Below, in pieces: positions 19,001 through 28,691 of a stretch of DNA of 64,000 bases (position 1 is the first letter of the stretch; each line of letters opens with the position of its first letter). The translations under genes were made by a program, and so were the position numbers. The stretch is from the IMG/VR virus record IMGVR_UViG_3300021137_000001, positions 265,322-329,321 of that record; one strand, written 5' to 3'. The notes beneath the pieces were generated by a model that did not search any database, was not told the DNA's origin, and saw only the letters and a list, made by a program, of their open reading frames with translations.

Positions 19001-22000
19001 ACTAAATTAGTTAATGCAGGCATTCTGTCAGAGAATACTGATTGACGTGGTCTAGTCCCTAGTCCAAATCTATCAGCTAAACTAAGTGTTGGGTCTGGCA
19101 CCACTGCACCCATTATATCAACTCCAGCCAAACTATCAATTAATTTATTGATAATTTTAGGAGATATTATACTATCTGCATTGCCTTTTTGTACCAATTC
19201 ATATTCACTATGAATAATATTAGTATTCTTAATTGTATTGTAGTCAAGATGCAATATAGTATTTTGCGAAGATAGATACGGACTCACATTGTATACCGCA
19301 AGTGCATTGTCCTGTATAATCGCTGCGTATGGTATGCCTTGATTTTTAGGATTAGCAATTATATCTTGTACAGCAACAATAGGTAATTTTCTAGTAGAAT
19401 TATTAGGATCTACTGTTGTTTTATTTTTAACCCAATAGTAGTACTTGATACTAATAATATTAGTAACTGGATCTACAAAAACAAGTTCAACATACGCACT
19501 ATTATCTGCATATTTTGGTATGCCATCTGCACCACTAGCAACATACGCACTTGGTAATACAGTGCTTTCTACCCACTCCAATACTTCAACAGTTGAGCCC
19601 GGGAATAAACGACCCCAGTTAATACTGCGATATGTTAATGTATCTTGCTCATAATCAATATAGCTAAGTTGTGTTAAATCCCACCACACGTTACCAAGTT
19701 GATTACTACTCCAATATATGCTGTTGTTTAAACTTACTGCACTATTAGTACCGCGATTATATACTGCTGGGTCAAATCCAGTTTTGTATGATATTTCTTG
19801 ATCTGCACGTCCAAGTATTTTACCTTTTGCTGGATCGATAAATTCCAATGAAGATAAAATAGTATTTGATAAATTGCTGTATACGTATATTCTGTTAATA
19901 GCTTCTACATCTACGGTTGGTTGTTGATATCTAATTAAATTCCATCCACGTGTATGTAATGGGTTTTCAAATAGATATACAGACCCTGCATCAGTAAGTA
20001 TAGTATCGTCACTTGGTGCACTTGCTATTATATAACCACCAACAACATCAATTGCACTACCAAATTTGTCGCCTATGTTTAAATCACCGGTATTAAGTTG
20101 TTGACAGAATGCATAACGACCCGGATGAGTAAACGCATCGCGTGGGTCATCGTATAATTCATAAATGTATACGCTACCACTACCAACAATACTATCAAAT
20201 AAACTAGTAGAATTATTATCAAATGTTGTTGCATCAGTATCTATAATTGTATATGTACGTGTTGTACCGCGTTCACTTGATATTACAAGCATATATGCAT
20301 TTGATGCTAATATTACTTTGCTGCCAAAGTATTCGCCTGGGGTATGATATGGGTTAACAATAATCTGCATCTCAGCAAATATTTTCATGCCTGCAGCAGC
20401 GTAAACACCAGTTGCTCCAGATGGTTGTCCAGATAAAATACGCAATCTATTTTTAGCAACTGTCTTATCACTTAATAATAGTAAGTAGCCATTTTCATTT
20501 GCAGCAGTTACACCAAGCAAGTTAGCAGCGTTGATATCATATACTAACGAATCCAATGATGACATTAATACCGGCGCCAATGTAATTGGGTCTATATGAT
20601 CGACATGCAATGGTTGTACTTCGATAGAGAAGTTATCTAAACGAATTGTATTGCCCGGAGTAAACACTGGGTTGTGTACGTAACCAATATTTGTACCGTA
20701 TAATCTTCCTCTATTATGGAATTTAAATACTGCTCCGGTATTGTACGCTGTTCCACTATTATAATACGGAGCACCCACATAAATTGCACAATTATTAGAA
20801 CAGATAGTTAGTGCTGTACCAAATTGTGCTTGCGCAACTGGTGCATCACCAGTTAATACTTCAAGTAAATTAAATTGATTTACTTCAACAAATATTATTT
20901 GCCCAACTGCTGGCGGAGTAATGAATCGAATTGTATTTGTTCCAACCACAAAATAATCAGTTGTTTCAATATTATCGATTGTTACTCTATGTACTGGCCC
21001 GATATTACTATCAGTGATATAATCCGAAGTACCAGTACTATTAAATGCTTCAATTACTCTATCGTAAACATAAACAGCACCTGCATTAGTTAATCCGTTA
21101 CTTGAATCAAGCGGAGCACCAACGCCAAGTTGCGCACCGTCCCAGCTTGCATCTAACGCACTACCAAAGTTACTACTAGCATTACCTGTTAATGTAGTTA
21201 CTCGTGTGTAGTATGGTTGTTGAACAATAGAAATATCATTTTGTACAATATTTGCCGCAAATGTAACCACGTTGCCCAACACGGTGTAATCGATGTTTGG
21301 GATATATGTTTTATTAGACGTTGTAATTAACAATGAGTTTGCATCATCGGCAACGTCCGGTGTGAATACTGTGTTAAGTGTGTTAGTTATAGATAACGAG
21401 CTCGATGCTAGTGCATATTTTGTTGAATCAATTCCATCAACTAAAATAGTAGCAGTAATATTACCAACAATAATGTTTGTTAAGCTGCTAACTTTAAGTG
21501 CGGCCCAATTAGTAACAGATTCTAATAGTACCACACTAGCATCCGACGATGTTTGCGTAATAATCGCACCAGCATTGGCAGTAATGTTACCACTTAGTGT
21601 TAGTATGGTTTGATCGTTAACTGATATAATTGTTTGTTGTTTAGAAACAAATTTATTCAAGCCGTAAACATAAACTTTATTATTACCCGGTGCGCCGATA
21701 TATAACCATGTTCCGTGCTCGTCAAACGCAATACTTGAACCAAATCTGTCGCCTGATACTATGTTGCCTACAATGACCTGCGCTCTATTAAAGCTAGTTG
21801 TTGCTACTGGGTTGCTATAAACATAAACATAACCAGTATTACTATTTCCACCCGGTGCACCAACTGCTAATAAATTAGTTGCAAAATCTATACTATGTCC
21901 GTACTCTCGTGTGTTTGCCGCATCCGGAGATATAGTAAATTGTTGGGTGAATTCGCCAGTGTGTCCTTTGGCAAATGTACTTACTGTTCCTGTTGATGCA

Positions 22001-25000
22001 GATAGCGGCGTACCTGTAGCTGCAATTAACCCATCTGCGCTCATTCTTACACTAGTTCCGAATCCATCATTTGCAGTATATTCAGTTTGACCTTTAATTA
22101 AACTTTGTTTAATATTCCATGGGTGTGTCTTTTCATATACTTTCCATGTGTTAGTCGGAGTCTCCGCAGGTTGCCCCTGACCGATAGTTGTAGCGGCATC
22201 GTCGTCGATCCATATCTTTTCACCTACATGCCATCCGTGTGGTGGAAGATAATTACGTGAATCTTCCATATACGTAAAGCGTAAGCTATCAAGTGAAAAC
22301 AATAATCCGTTACCAGAGATTGTATCTAATTTTGATGTGTTGCCTGTGTACTTAACTAATATATTGTTAAGATCGACTACTGTATCGACTTGATAGAAGC
22401 CATCAAATGCAGCATTAAAGTTGCGAGTCATAAACACATCACCAACAACAAATGCATGCGGTAATGCTGTTGTAAATGTTATATAGCCACCAAGCGAGTT
22501 AGAAACTAATATAGTTTGATTATTGGTTTCAGTTATTCTGTATATATTCCATTGTTGTGCAAAGTCTCTTGCGCACCAGATAGTATACCCACTGCCCATT
22601 GTACTTAATCTATCATCTAAGTTTACAAAATTAGCAAGGTCGAATATAGTAGTATTAACATCGTCGATGTTTACATATCCTGCTCCGGGAATGTCATTGC
22701 TGTAATCACTATTATCATTTCTGTTTAATGCAATCTTGCCATTAAATTGCTCAGTTGATTTATACAATTGCGACTTATTAAATATTGTAACTCCGTTGCC
22801 GTCAATACTGTCTGCACCAGCGACAAATTGTGCTGTGGCAGGGTTAACACCAAATGCTTTTTCATCAAGTGCAATTTCTAAATACGGATTAGTGTCTAAT
22901 GCACCATACTCGCCTACGCGAATTGCCCACTCTTCGTAAAATGTAATTGCACTGTTTAAATTATTAAATTCTGCACTAGTTAATTGATTAATTGCATTTG
23001 CAGAACCTTTTTGCTTAATAAAGCCTTTATATAATTCAATTTGTGTTGTATCACTTAGTCCGAGATCTGCTAAGTATTGGCGCGGTTTAAAGCCAATTAA
23101 ACCATGACTGTATTTGATTTGATCTGCATCTTTAAAGTTTGTATACGAATCATAGTACGCTTGAGATTTAGTTGCAATCGTAGCAAAGTTTGGCAACAAG
23201 CCTTTTTTAAGTTCACTTGCAGCAATTGTTTTCCAATATGCAAATACAAATTCAATCGATGCTACAACATTCTGTAACGCAACATAATATTGATTTTTAT
23301 ATTGTACTAAGTCGCCTTTTAAGTAATCTTTACTACCGACCCACGCCGGCACATTACCAGAATTATACATAAAGCCCGGTGCACTTAAACTACCATCCCA
23401 GTCTGCTGTTTTTTGTCCAATTAGTTTTAATCTAAATTGTCTATTACCTAGCTCTGGTTTGTAGATAATGTCGTTAAACACTGTTGTATTATCAAATACT
23501 AATACGTGTTCGTATTGTACTAAGTTTAGTTCAGCATAACCAACAACTGCATCGTTAGTTAGTGTTAGTTTAAATGCGGTTGGGCTACGTAATACATTAT
23601 AATTTACGTTCTTAACTAAGTTAAAGTTTTGATCTAATACTTTTGAACCGTATTGTGTATCTGTGATACCGTCTGTAATTGCACCAATGGTAATAGCATT
23701 TAATACATTAGCAACTGGGCTCAATACAATAATACTACCTGTTGCCCAACCTTGTTGTGCCCAGAATAAAAATTCTTTAGCTGATAGTTTAAAGTTACGT
23801 AGTTCATTTAATGTTTCGTCCGTGTCATTAAATGTAAAGCCTTGTGCAACTAAATGTCTTTCGTAGCTAATTAAGAAATCAGCTATTTGTTGTAGACTAT
23901 TAAATTCATAACCATATGATACTGTTAGTTTTAAGTTTTGATAATCCTTGAATACAGTTACTGATTGATCTAATACAGTAATTTTGTATCCATTTGAATT
24001 AACAACACTAGGAATAATAGTGAAGTACGGGTTGGCTAAGTTATATCCACGTACACTATAGCCATTACTAGTTTTTTCAATAATAACACTACTATATACT
24101 ATTTTTTGTACAGGCGTCGATTTATACAAATGTACATTATAGTTTTCATTTGGAATAATAATGCTGTCATTTGTGCTTGTTGGTGAGCTTTGTTCTGCTA
24201 ATACTTGCAGATATTTTTGATCACTGAACCCAGCCATTTTATATGCAAGATTAACTTGATAATTTTTCAGTAGCGGAGTAATAACAGTAGACGGATTAAT
24301 GCCTTGACTAACTAAGTAATCTGCAATCCAATTTATATAGCCCGCTGTTCTAACTAATGTACCAGATGATGCGTCGCCATTAAACGTCAATGACGTTTGC
24401 TTAATATGATCATTTGTGTCAGTTAGATATTGATTTAATACATAATTTCTTGTATAGCGTGAGTTATCCATTAACAAGCCAAAGTATCTGGCTGGTTTGG
24501 CTAAGGCAAGGGCTTGCTGTGCCGCAAATGCATAGTCACTACTATTACGCCATGCTGTTTCAACCGGCCCAAAATTCCCCATTGCCCATGCTGTTGCGGC
24601 ACGAGATGAAGTAAAGTTTGCTGTCATAATTGCAGCAGGGCTTAATAAAAAGCCATTTACATCTACAGGAATAACAGTAGACAAACCAGGACGTGCAAAG
24701 TTAGTATCTACACCCACACGTATTCCGCTTCGGACCATTCCTGCTTCTAAGTCATCCCATAGTAATTTATTTCCACCAGTATATGGCGCAGGGCCGTATT
24801 CAGCTTCCCACCATAACGGCATCGCAGTAAAGCCTAGCATTTCCCACGGTGATGTATGCGGGCGAATTGTATCGTAATAATATTCATAACATGCCTTCCA
24901 ACTGCCCGGCAATGCTTCGCCATCTAGTCTATCAACGAAACGACTATAGTTCCATGTAAACGGATCATTGCTTTGGAATGTATCGTTTACTGTATAATCA

Positions 25001-28000
25001 ATTTTGTTATTGCCAATCCATATAAGAAAGCTCTTAGATATTAATTGATTCGCTTCAGCAAGTGAGTAATAACTATTTCTAAATTTGCCCGGAACAATTT
25101 CAAAGATATCTTGGTAACTACCGACATCCGGTAATTTAATATTGTTGTATATACGTTTTTCTAATTCCAGTAAGAAACTATCTCTATAATCTTCAAACGC
25201 TGGTGTTATACTACCATCATGTCCACGTATAACATTAATCGGTGTGCGATAGGTATCATCTAAAAAGATTTCTGGGATATAGCGTGGGAACAATCCTAGT
25301 TTAGTAGGAGTTTCTGGAATATAACATCCGTTTGTGTCTTGATATTCCACAAATTTAACAACGTCGCCTACTAGCAAAATAACTGCGTCAGTGAATGTTA
25401 TCCCTGGACGAGTGGTATCAAAGGTATAATCATTGATGGCTATTAATTGCACATCATTTAAGTAAACAAGTACAGCTAAGTTACTTAATATATATGTGTC
25501 AAATACATTAGTGATTTCATATGATCGAACTAACGGATCAAATATTGAATAGGTAACTGTGTTTTGCAATGTGCCAAACGGAACCATGTCACTATAATAC
25601 CATGGAAATGATTTATTTTTAATTTTGTTAATTTCAGTTATAATTAAATCAACACTTGCTATCGGGTCAGTTGGTTGTATGCCAGTTAATGTCGCACTTA
25701 ATTCTAAGAATTTATTTTTAAATCTTGCGTATTCTTGTTGTGCATAACGTGTTGCATCAATAAAGTTTGTGCTATCATTTAATAGAAATAATGCGGCATT
25801 AGATACAGGAGCGGCATGTTGTAGTATGTTTCCACCTTGCGCTGTAATCTCAATATCTCGAAGATTACTTTGTCCTAGTATATCACCCGCCACTTCTGTA
25901 CTGTTTTGACTTAGTGCAACTAAGTGATTTCTAATTTGCCCAAGTGTCAATGATGTTAAGTCAATATTTTGTGCATTTAAATCTAAGTTAGTAGGGACTT
26001 GATATTGACCCAATTTACTTACTTCGTAACTGTATACTAAAATATCAATTTTATCACTAAGTGCAGGCGCAGTTACTAATGTCAATGCTCCGTTACTAAT
26101 AGACCATTGTGTTGTTTTTAAATATGTATTATTTTTATAAACTTTAACGTGTGGAATAGTTGTTTCTGGTGCAATAGCAACATCAATCTTAAATGGACTG
26201 TTAATACCATCATAGATGTAAGTGATTAATTGATATTGAGTAGTTGGCTCAACTACGGTTGCCCAGTTATTGCGTGGCGCAAGTGTATATCTGTCTACTA
26301 TTTTTTGTACAAAACCCGTTGCAACTGCTGGAGTATGTGTTACTTGATCGACTACGTAATTATACGTATCGGCATCAAAATAGTTAGAAAATTCAATGTC
26401 GCCTTGCGCTTGAAATGTTCTGTATTTTAATGGGAATTTAAGTACTGTATCTACTACTGTACTTGTACTTGTTCTGTTATACCCAAATAGTTTAGTACCG
26501 GCAAAAGTACTACGTGGGTAAGTTGCAAAACTAGTACCCGCTAAGTCAAGTACATCAAACAACGGGTCTTGCTGTAATGCTATTTTTTGTTGACTTTCTA
26601 ACCACTGTGCGCCATCGTACCACCATTGTGTTCCTTTGTAGGCACCTTCAGTTACAACTACAGTATCATAAATTTCAATAGCACTATCGGCGGCTAAGTT
26701 TAAATTTACATATATAGGACCAGACGGAGTACCATTGATATCAACCGCTGTTTGTACTAAACTAAGCACGTAAATTTTATTGCGTACTAGTGGGTCTATA
26801 TCATTGGCAAATATTACTCTCATACCATCAACTAGAGTAACACCAAATGCAACTGTTAACACTTGTCCTTCTAATTCATTAAATGCATCGCGTGTTGTTG
26901 TATCAAGTATAGTAATTGGTGTTTTGCCAATTCTGCCTGCATTAAATAATTGTATGTCTGCTTCGAACTGTACAATCGGACGTTGAGCACGATGAGTTTG
27001 ATCATATGTAACTTGTACATTATTATAGTCAGCAGTTGCATTAATTACGTCACGGTGAAACCAACGATTGTTACGTGACCATGCATTTAAATCTTTACTT
27101 GCACGATTGATTGTAATATAGTTAGCATTAGGAATATTTCCCGGTAATCCAGTAGGATAGTTTAACGCTAGTTCATCATTGTACAGCTCAGGAGTAACTA
27201 ATAAAGTTACATCAACTAAGCGTATGCCAGATGGTGCGCCAACTCCTTCAACATAATATTCTTTATTTTGATATGTTGTTGGAGTAACATCAGTGCCAAA
27301 CTTTACTTTTAATCCACTTGTAAAGATTATGCCATTAGGACTAGTATACGTGGTTTTTCCTAAAATGTCAACCTCAATATCAATGTCCCATCCTGCAATA
27401 TCAACAAGTTTAATTGTTCCATAAATTGCAGGGTTAACGCCATCTTGAAAGTATAATGTATTTTGTATACTTGATATTACAGGAACGACATGCAAGAAGT
27501 CATCGTAGTCCTTAAAGAATTCTTTATTAGCATTCATAAGACCCGACTTGATGTATACTTTTTCATTAAGCAATACATCTTGTACATGCACCAATCGTAT
27601 TAGTGGATCAAATGCAGCCGCATCAGTAAATTGTACACGCCACACACCAAAGCGTTGTGCATCTGGGATTATTGTTCCGGCATCGTACCCAGGTATAACT
27701 AAACTAGTATTTGGATCGATAACTTCAGGCATTGTCCATGCTGCTTCGCCTGCGTTTGTTAATAACTCTTGATTAACAAAAATCATTGTCTTACCATCAA
27801 GTTGACCTGTAAGACCAGCATACTGTGGATATAGTGCAATAAATTGACTTAGATATTGATTTTGTATTTCTGAGTATGCGATCGGAAGCGCATATTCTAC
27901 ATTAGCAACTACATTCATTAATACATATCTATCTTGTGCATTTGCTTGTGGTACATTAAATGTAACTGTGCCTGCTTCTGCCCCATTGTTAACAACACCA

Positions 28001-28662
28001 AATACATCGCGTGTACTGATTGTTGGGGTTGCATTCACTAAACCATCTACTCCCGGTTCAGTTTGTATCCAAAAGCCTGCGCCCATTTGATCTACATTAA
28101 ATGTGTAGCTTCCGCCACGTGCAAGTGTTAGTGTGTTTTTTACTAATCCGCCTGTTGTAAAATCATAACGTGAAGTATTCCCATTACGAACAACGTCAAA
28201 TGTTCGTGTTAACTCAACTCCACCAGTATTAACATCTACTGGGTCCGGGCCATTAGCAAGCCAATAGTATTGACTAAAGTTAACAAATTTATCAAATGAT
28301 ATTAGTGGAGCAAAACTATAGTATTCGCCGTCAAACATTCTGTTATGATTGCTGGCTAAACCACTATAGTAATCAATTTTATTTAATACATCAATATAGC
28401 TAGCAAAGAATGTAATTTCATTTTGTTCATCACGTACAACAATGCTTGGCTCAAGTTGATACTTTTGTCTTTCGGCTGAGCTCTCGATAACATAGCTATC
28501 TTTACTCTTATATGTAGGAGCAAACGTTCTTCCGATATAACCATATATGTTTCTTAAATTAGGTTCAGTTACTAACTGATCTAACGTAGCAGACAAAAAC
28601 TTATTGTTAGTGTCTGTTTGAAATATGGTAGGAAGAAAATTGGAGGTCTTTTTTGTCGCCAT
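16072..28662 (-). CDS. Giant (4196 aa) baseplate wedge protein, gp7-like position, with FG-GAP-like beta-propeller repeats and CBM-like motifs
   Basis: Directly after the gp6-like gene. Repeats FGxS/A..L.VGAP....G.VY(V/I)Y; WxxxxxYxxGDxV motifs; GSGYT..P.V repeats near the C-terminus. Confidence 0.7.
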   Translation of the reverse strand: MATKKTSNFLPTIFQTDTNNKFLSATLDQLVTEPNLRNIYGYIGRTFAPTYKSKDSYVIESSAERQKYQLEPSIVVRDEQNEITFFASYIDVLNKIDYYSGLASNHNRMFDGEYYSFAPLISFDKFVNFSQYYWLANGPDPVDVNTGGVELTRTFDVVRNGNTSRYDFTTGGLVKNTLTLARGGSYTFNVDQMGAGFWIQTEPGVDGLVNATPTISTRDVFGVVNNGAEAGTVTFNVPQANAQDRYVLMNVVANVEYALPIAYSEIQNQYLSQFIALYPQYAGLTGQLDGKTMIFVNQELLTNAGEAAWTMPEVIDPNTSLVIPGYDAGTIIPDAQRFGVWRVQFTDAAAFDPLIRLVHVQDVLLNEKVYIKSGLMNANKEFFKDYDDFLHVVPVISSIQNTLYFQDGVNPAIYGTIKLVDIAGWDIDIEVDILGKTTYTSPNGIIFTSGLKVKFGTDVTPTTYQNKEYYVEGVGAPSGIRLVDVTLLVTPELYNDELALNYPTGLPGNIPNANYITINRASKDLNAWSRNNRWFHRDVINATADYNNVQVTYDQTHRAQRPIVQFEADIQLFNAGRIGKTPITILDTTTRDAFNELEGQVLTVAFGVTLVDGMRVIFANDIDPLVRNKIYVLSLVQTAVDINGTPSGPIYVNLNLAADSAIEIYDTVVVTEGAYKGTQWWYDGAQWLESQQKIALQQDPLFDVLDLAGTSFATYPRSTFAGTKLFGYNRTSTSTVVDTVLKFPLKYRTFQAQGDIEFSNYFDADTYNYVVDQVTHTPAVATGFVQKIVDRYTLAPRNNWATVVEPTTQYQLITYIYDGINSPFKIDVAIAPETTIPHVKVYKNNTYLKTTQWSISNGALTLVTAPALSDKIDILVYSYEVSKLGQYQVPTNLDLNAQNIDLTSLTLGQIRNHLVALSQNSTEVAGDILGQSNLRDIEITAQGGNILQHAAPVSNAALFLLNDSTNFIDATRYAQQEYARFKNKFLELSATLTGIQPTDPIASVDLIITEINKIKNKSFPWYYSDMVPFGTLQNTVTYSIFDPLVRSYEITNVFDTYILSNLAVLVYLNDVQLIAINDYTFDTTRPGITFTDAVILLVGDVVKFVEYQDTNGCYIPETPTKLGLFPRYIPEIFLDDTYRTPINVIRGHDGSITPAFEDYRDSFLLELEKRIYNNIKLPDVGSYQDIFEIVPGKFRNSYYSLAEANQLISKSFLIWIGNNKIDYTVNDTFQSNDPFTWNYSRFVDRLDGEALPGSWKACYEYYYDTIRPHTSPWEMLGFTAMPLWWEAEYGPAPYTGGNKLLWDDLEAGMVRSGIRVGVDTNFARPGLSTVIPVDVNGFLLSPAAIMTANFTSSRAATAWAMGNFGPVETAWRNSSDYAFAAQQALALAKPARYFGLLMDNSRYTRNYVLNQYLTDTNDHIKQTSLTFNGDASSGTLVRTAGYINWIADYLVSQGINPSTVITPLLKNYQVNLAYKMAGFSDQKYLQVLAEQSSPTSTNDSIIIPNENYNVHLYKSTPVQKIVYSSVIIEKTSNGYSVRGYNLANPYFTIIPSVVNSNGYKITVLDQSVTVFKDYQNLKLTVSYGYEFNSLQQIADFLISYERHLVAQGFTFNDTDETLNELRNFKLSAKEFLFWAQQGWATGSIIVLSPVANVLNAITIGAITDGITDTQYGSKVLDQNFNLVKNVNYNVLRSPTAFKLTLTNDAVVGYAELNLVQYEHVLVFDNTTVFNDIIYKPELGNRQFRLKLIGQKTADWDGSLSAPGFMYNSGNVPAWVGSKDYLKGDLVQYKNQYYVALQNVVASIEFVFAYWKTIAASELKKGLLPNFATIATKSQAYYDSYTNFKDADQIKYSHGLIGFKPRQYLADLGLSDTTQIELYKGFIKQKGSANAINQLTSAEFNNLNSAITFYEEWAIRVGEYGALDTNPYLEIALDEKAFGVNPATAQFVAGADSIDGNGVTIFNKSQLYKSTEQFNGKIALNRNDNSDYSNDIPGAGYVNIDDVNTTIFDLANFVNLDDRLSTMGSGYTIWCARDFAQQWNIYRITETNNQTILVSNSLGGYITFTTALPHAFVVGDVFMTRNFNAAFDGFYQVDTVVDLNNILVKYTGNTSKLDTISGNGLLFSLDSLRFTYMEDSRNYLPPHGWHVGEKIWIDDDAATTIGQGQPAETPTNTWKVYEKTHPWNIKQSLIKGQTEYTANDGFGTSVRMSADGLIAATGTPLSASTGTVSTFAKGHTGEFTQQFTISPDAANTREYGHSIDFATNLLAVGAPGGNSNTGYVYVYSNPVATTSFNRAQVIVGNIVSGDRFGSSIAFDEHGTWLYIGAPGNNKVYVYGLNKFVSKQQTIISVNDQTILTLSGNITANAGAIITQTSSDASVVLLESVTNWAALKVSSLTNIIVGNITATILVDGIDSTKYALASSSLSITNTLNTVFTPDVADDANSLLITTSNKTYIPNIDYTVLGNVVTFAANIVQNDISIVQQPYYTRVTTLTGNASSNFGSALDASWDGAQLGVGAPLDSSNGLTNAGAVYVYDRVIEAFNSTGTSDYITDSNIGPVHRVTIDNIETTDYFVVGTNTIRFITPPAVGQIIFVEVNQFNLLEVLTGDAPVAQAQFGTALTICSNNCAIYVGAPYYNSGTAYNTGAVFKFHNRGRLYGTNIGYVHNPVFTPGNTIRLDNFSIEVQPLHVDHIDPITLAPVLMSSLDSLVYDINAANLLGVTAANENGYLLLLSDKTVAKNRLRILSGQPSGATGVYAAAGMKIFAEMQIIVNPYHTPGEYFGSKVILASNAYMLVISSERGTTRTYTIIDTDATTFDNNSTSLFDSIVGSGSVYIYELYDDPRDAFTHPGRYAFCQQLNTGDLNIGDKFGSAIDVVGGYIIASAPSDDTILTDAGSVYLFENPLHTRGWNLIRYQQPTVDVEAINRIYVYSNLSNTILSSLEFIDPAKGKILGRADQEISYKTGFDPAVYNRGTNSAVSLNNSIYWSSNQLGNVWWDLTQLSYIDYEQDTLTYRSINWGRLFPGSTVEVLEWVESTVLPSAYVASGADGIPKYADNSAYVELVFVDPVTNIISIKYYYWVKNKTTVDPNNSTRKLPIVAVQDIIANPKNQGIPYAAIIQDNALAVYNVSPYLSSQNTILHLDYNTIKNTNIIHSEYELVQKGNADSIISPKIINKLIDSLAGVDIMGAVVPDPTLSLADRFGLGTRPRQSVFSDRMPALTNLVDYVNSVLITKPIAREYDLTMLNSSEPQPSAKLGEYDQKIATDAELAYIDTVTLATGYKVLVDQDTTQDNLWVVYELSMSKTWEISRVQSYKTNLYWHYVDWYAAGYSIADQITYVVPTLVDALKLSVAPGNEILVRVSNGGSHGWSLIVVNSNLSFSVVGIQNGTVQLDTSIGNFADNELGFGNQGFSSKRFDQNPNIEIRSILTALREDIFIGELAAEFNKLFFVMVNYLFNEQKYVDWIFKTSFISVIHQLRSLVQYPNYIKDNQTYYQDYITEVKPYATKLREYLISYNSTDEFAGSVTDFDLPAYYDTDMKVFRSPSGEQVAKDEALWQTAPYDQWYANRNHRVESILVENAGSGYTAEPIVTIVGVGTGATARAIINYDTGAVIRIDMIKNGSGYYTTPTVVLNGSNTTPATAYAVLKNNQVRSFDTTLKFDRISYTSSVKEWAANTSYTAGDIITHIGTLAGAKRQAFTVNANITTGSTFISNDYTVYNASNFTNANDRITGYYEPGATMPARDLKQLLRGIDYPGVQVQGLGFEQAPGFSGATPFDNGMFDNIQYAADGLPMLSDATVDSLIQSNYTDLALGTRAEDIDVVGGAYVDTYSSHAPEELVPGIVFDTLDMQVYTKINGNVDVIGYRMFSNMMREESYLRIATAHSTTLAANLHIGDTTIIVTNASLLSVPNLAGATPGVVFINGERITYYTINLIANTLGQIRRGTQGTSTPLMHVSGLRVVDASTSQLVPNATANSTMTLGTTTYSVTDTVSYYLDLSSRITANIGDVITQSILGASATISSVNTSTNIVLVTSNSTNPFRYLENDVKLSGNVTVVTGDIVTQGLTGANLYVTRDSATINTIAVSYNSMAKLVTGAGNIAINGVDSRVYPVTITTNPTVGSALIINGTSTGNVYPLSMTKAGLVGTAGTVTIAANVTLITANVWQNHGATTATDGTGFNGAITPQVLFLKNSTATLIAP

Positions 28663-28691
28663 GTTGTTATAATCTCAAGTGTTATATGTAT

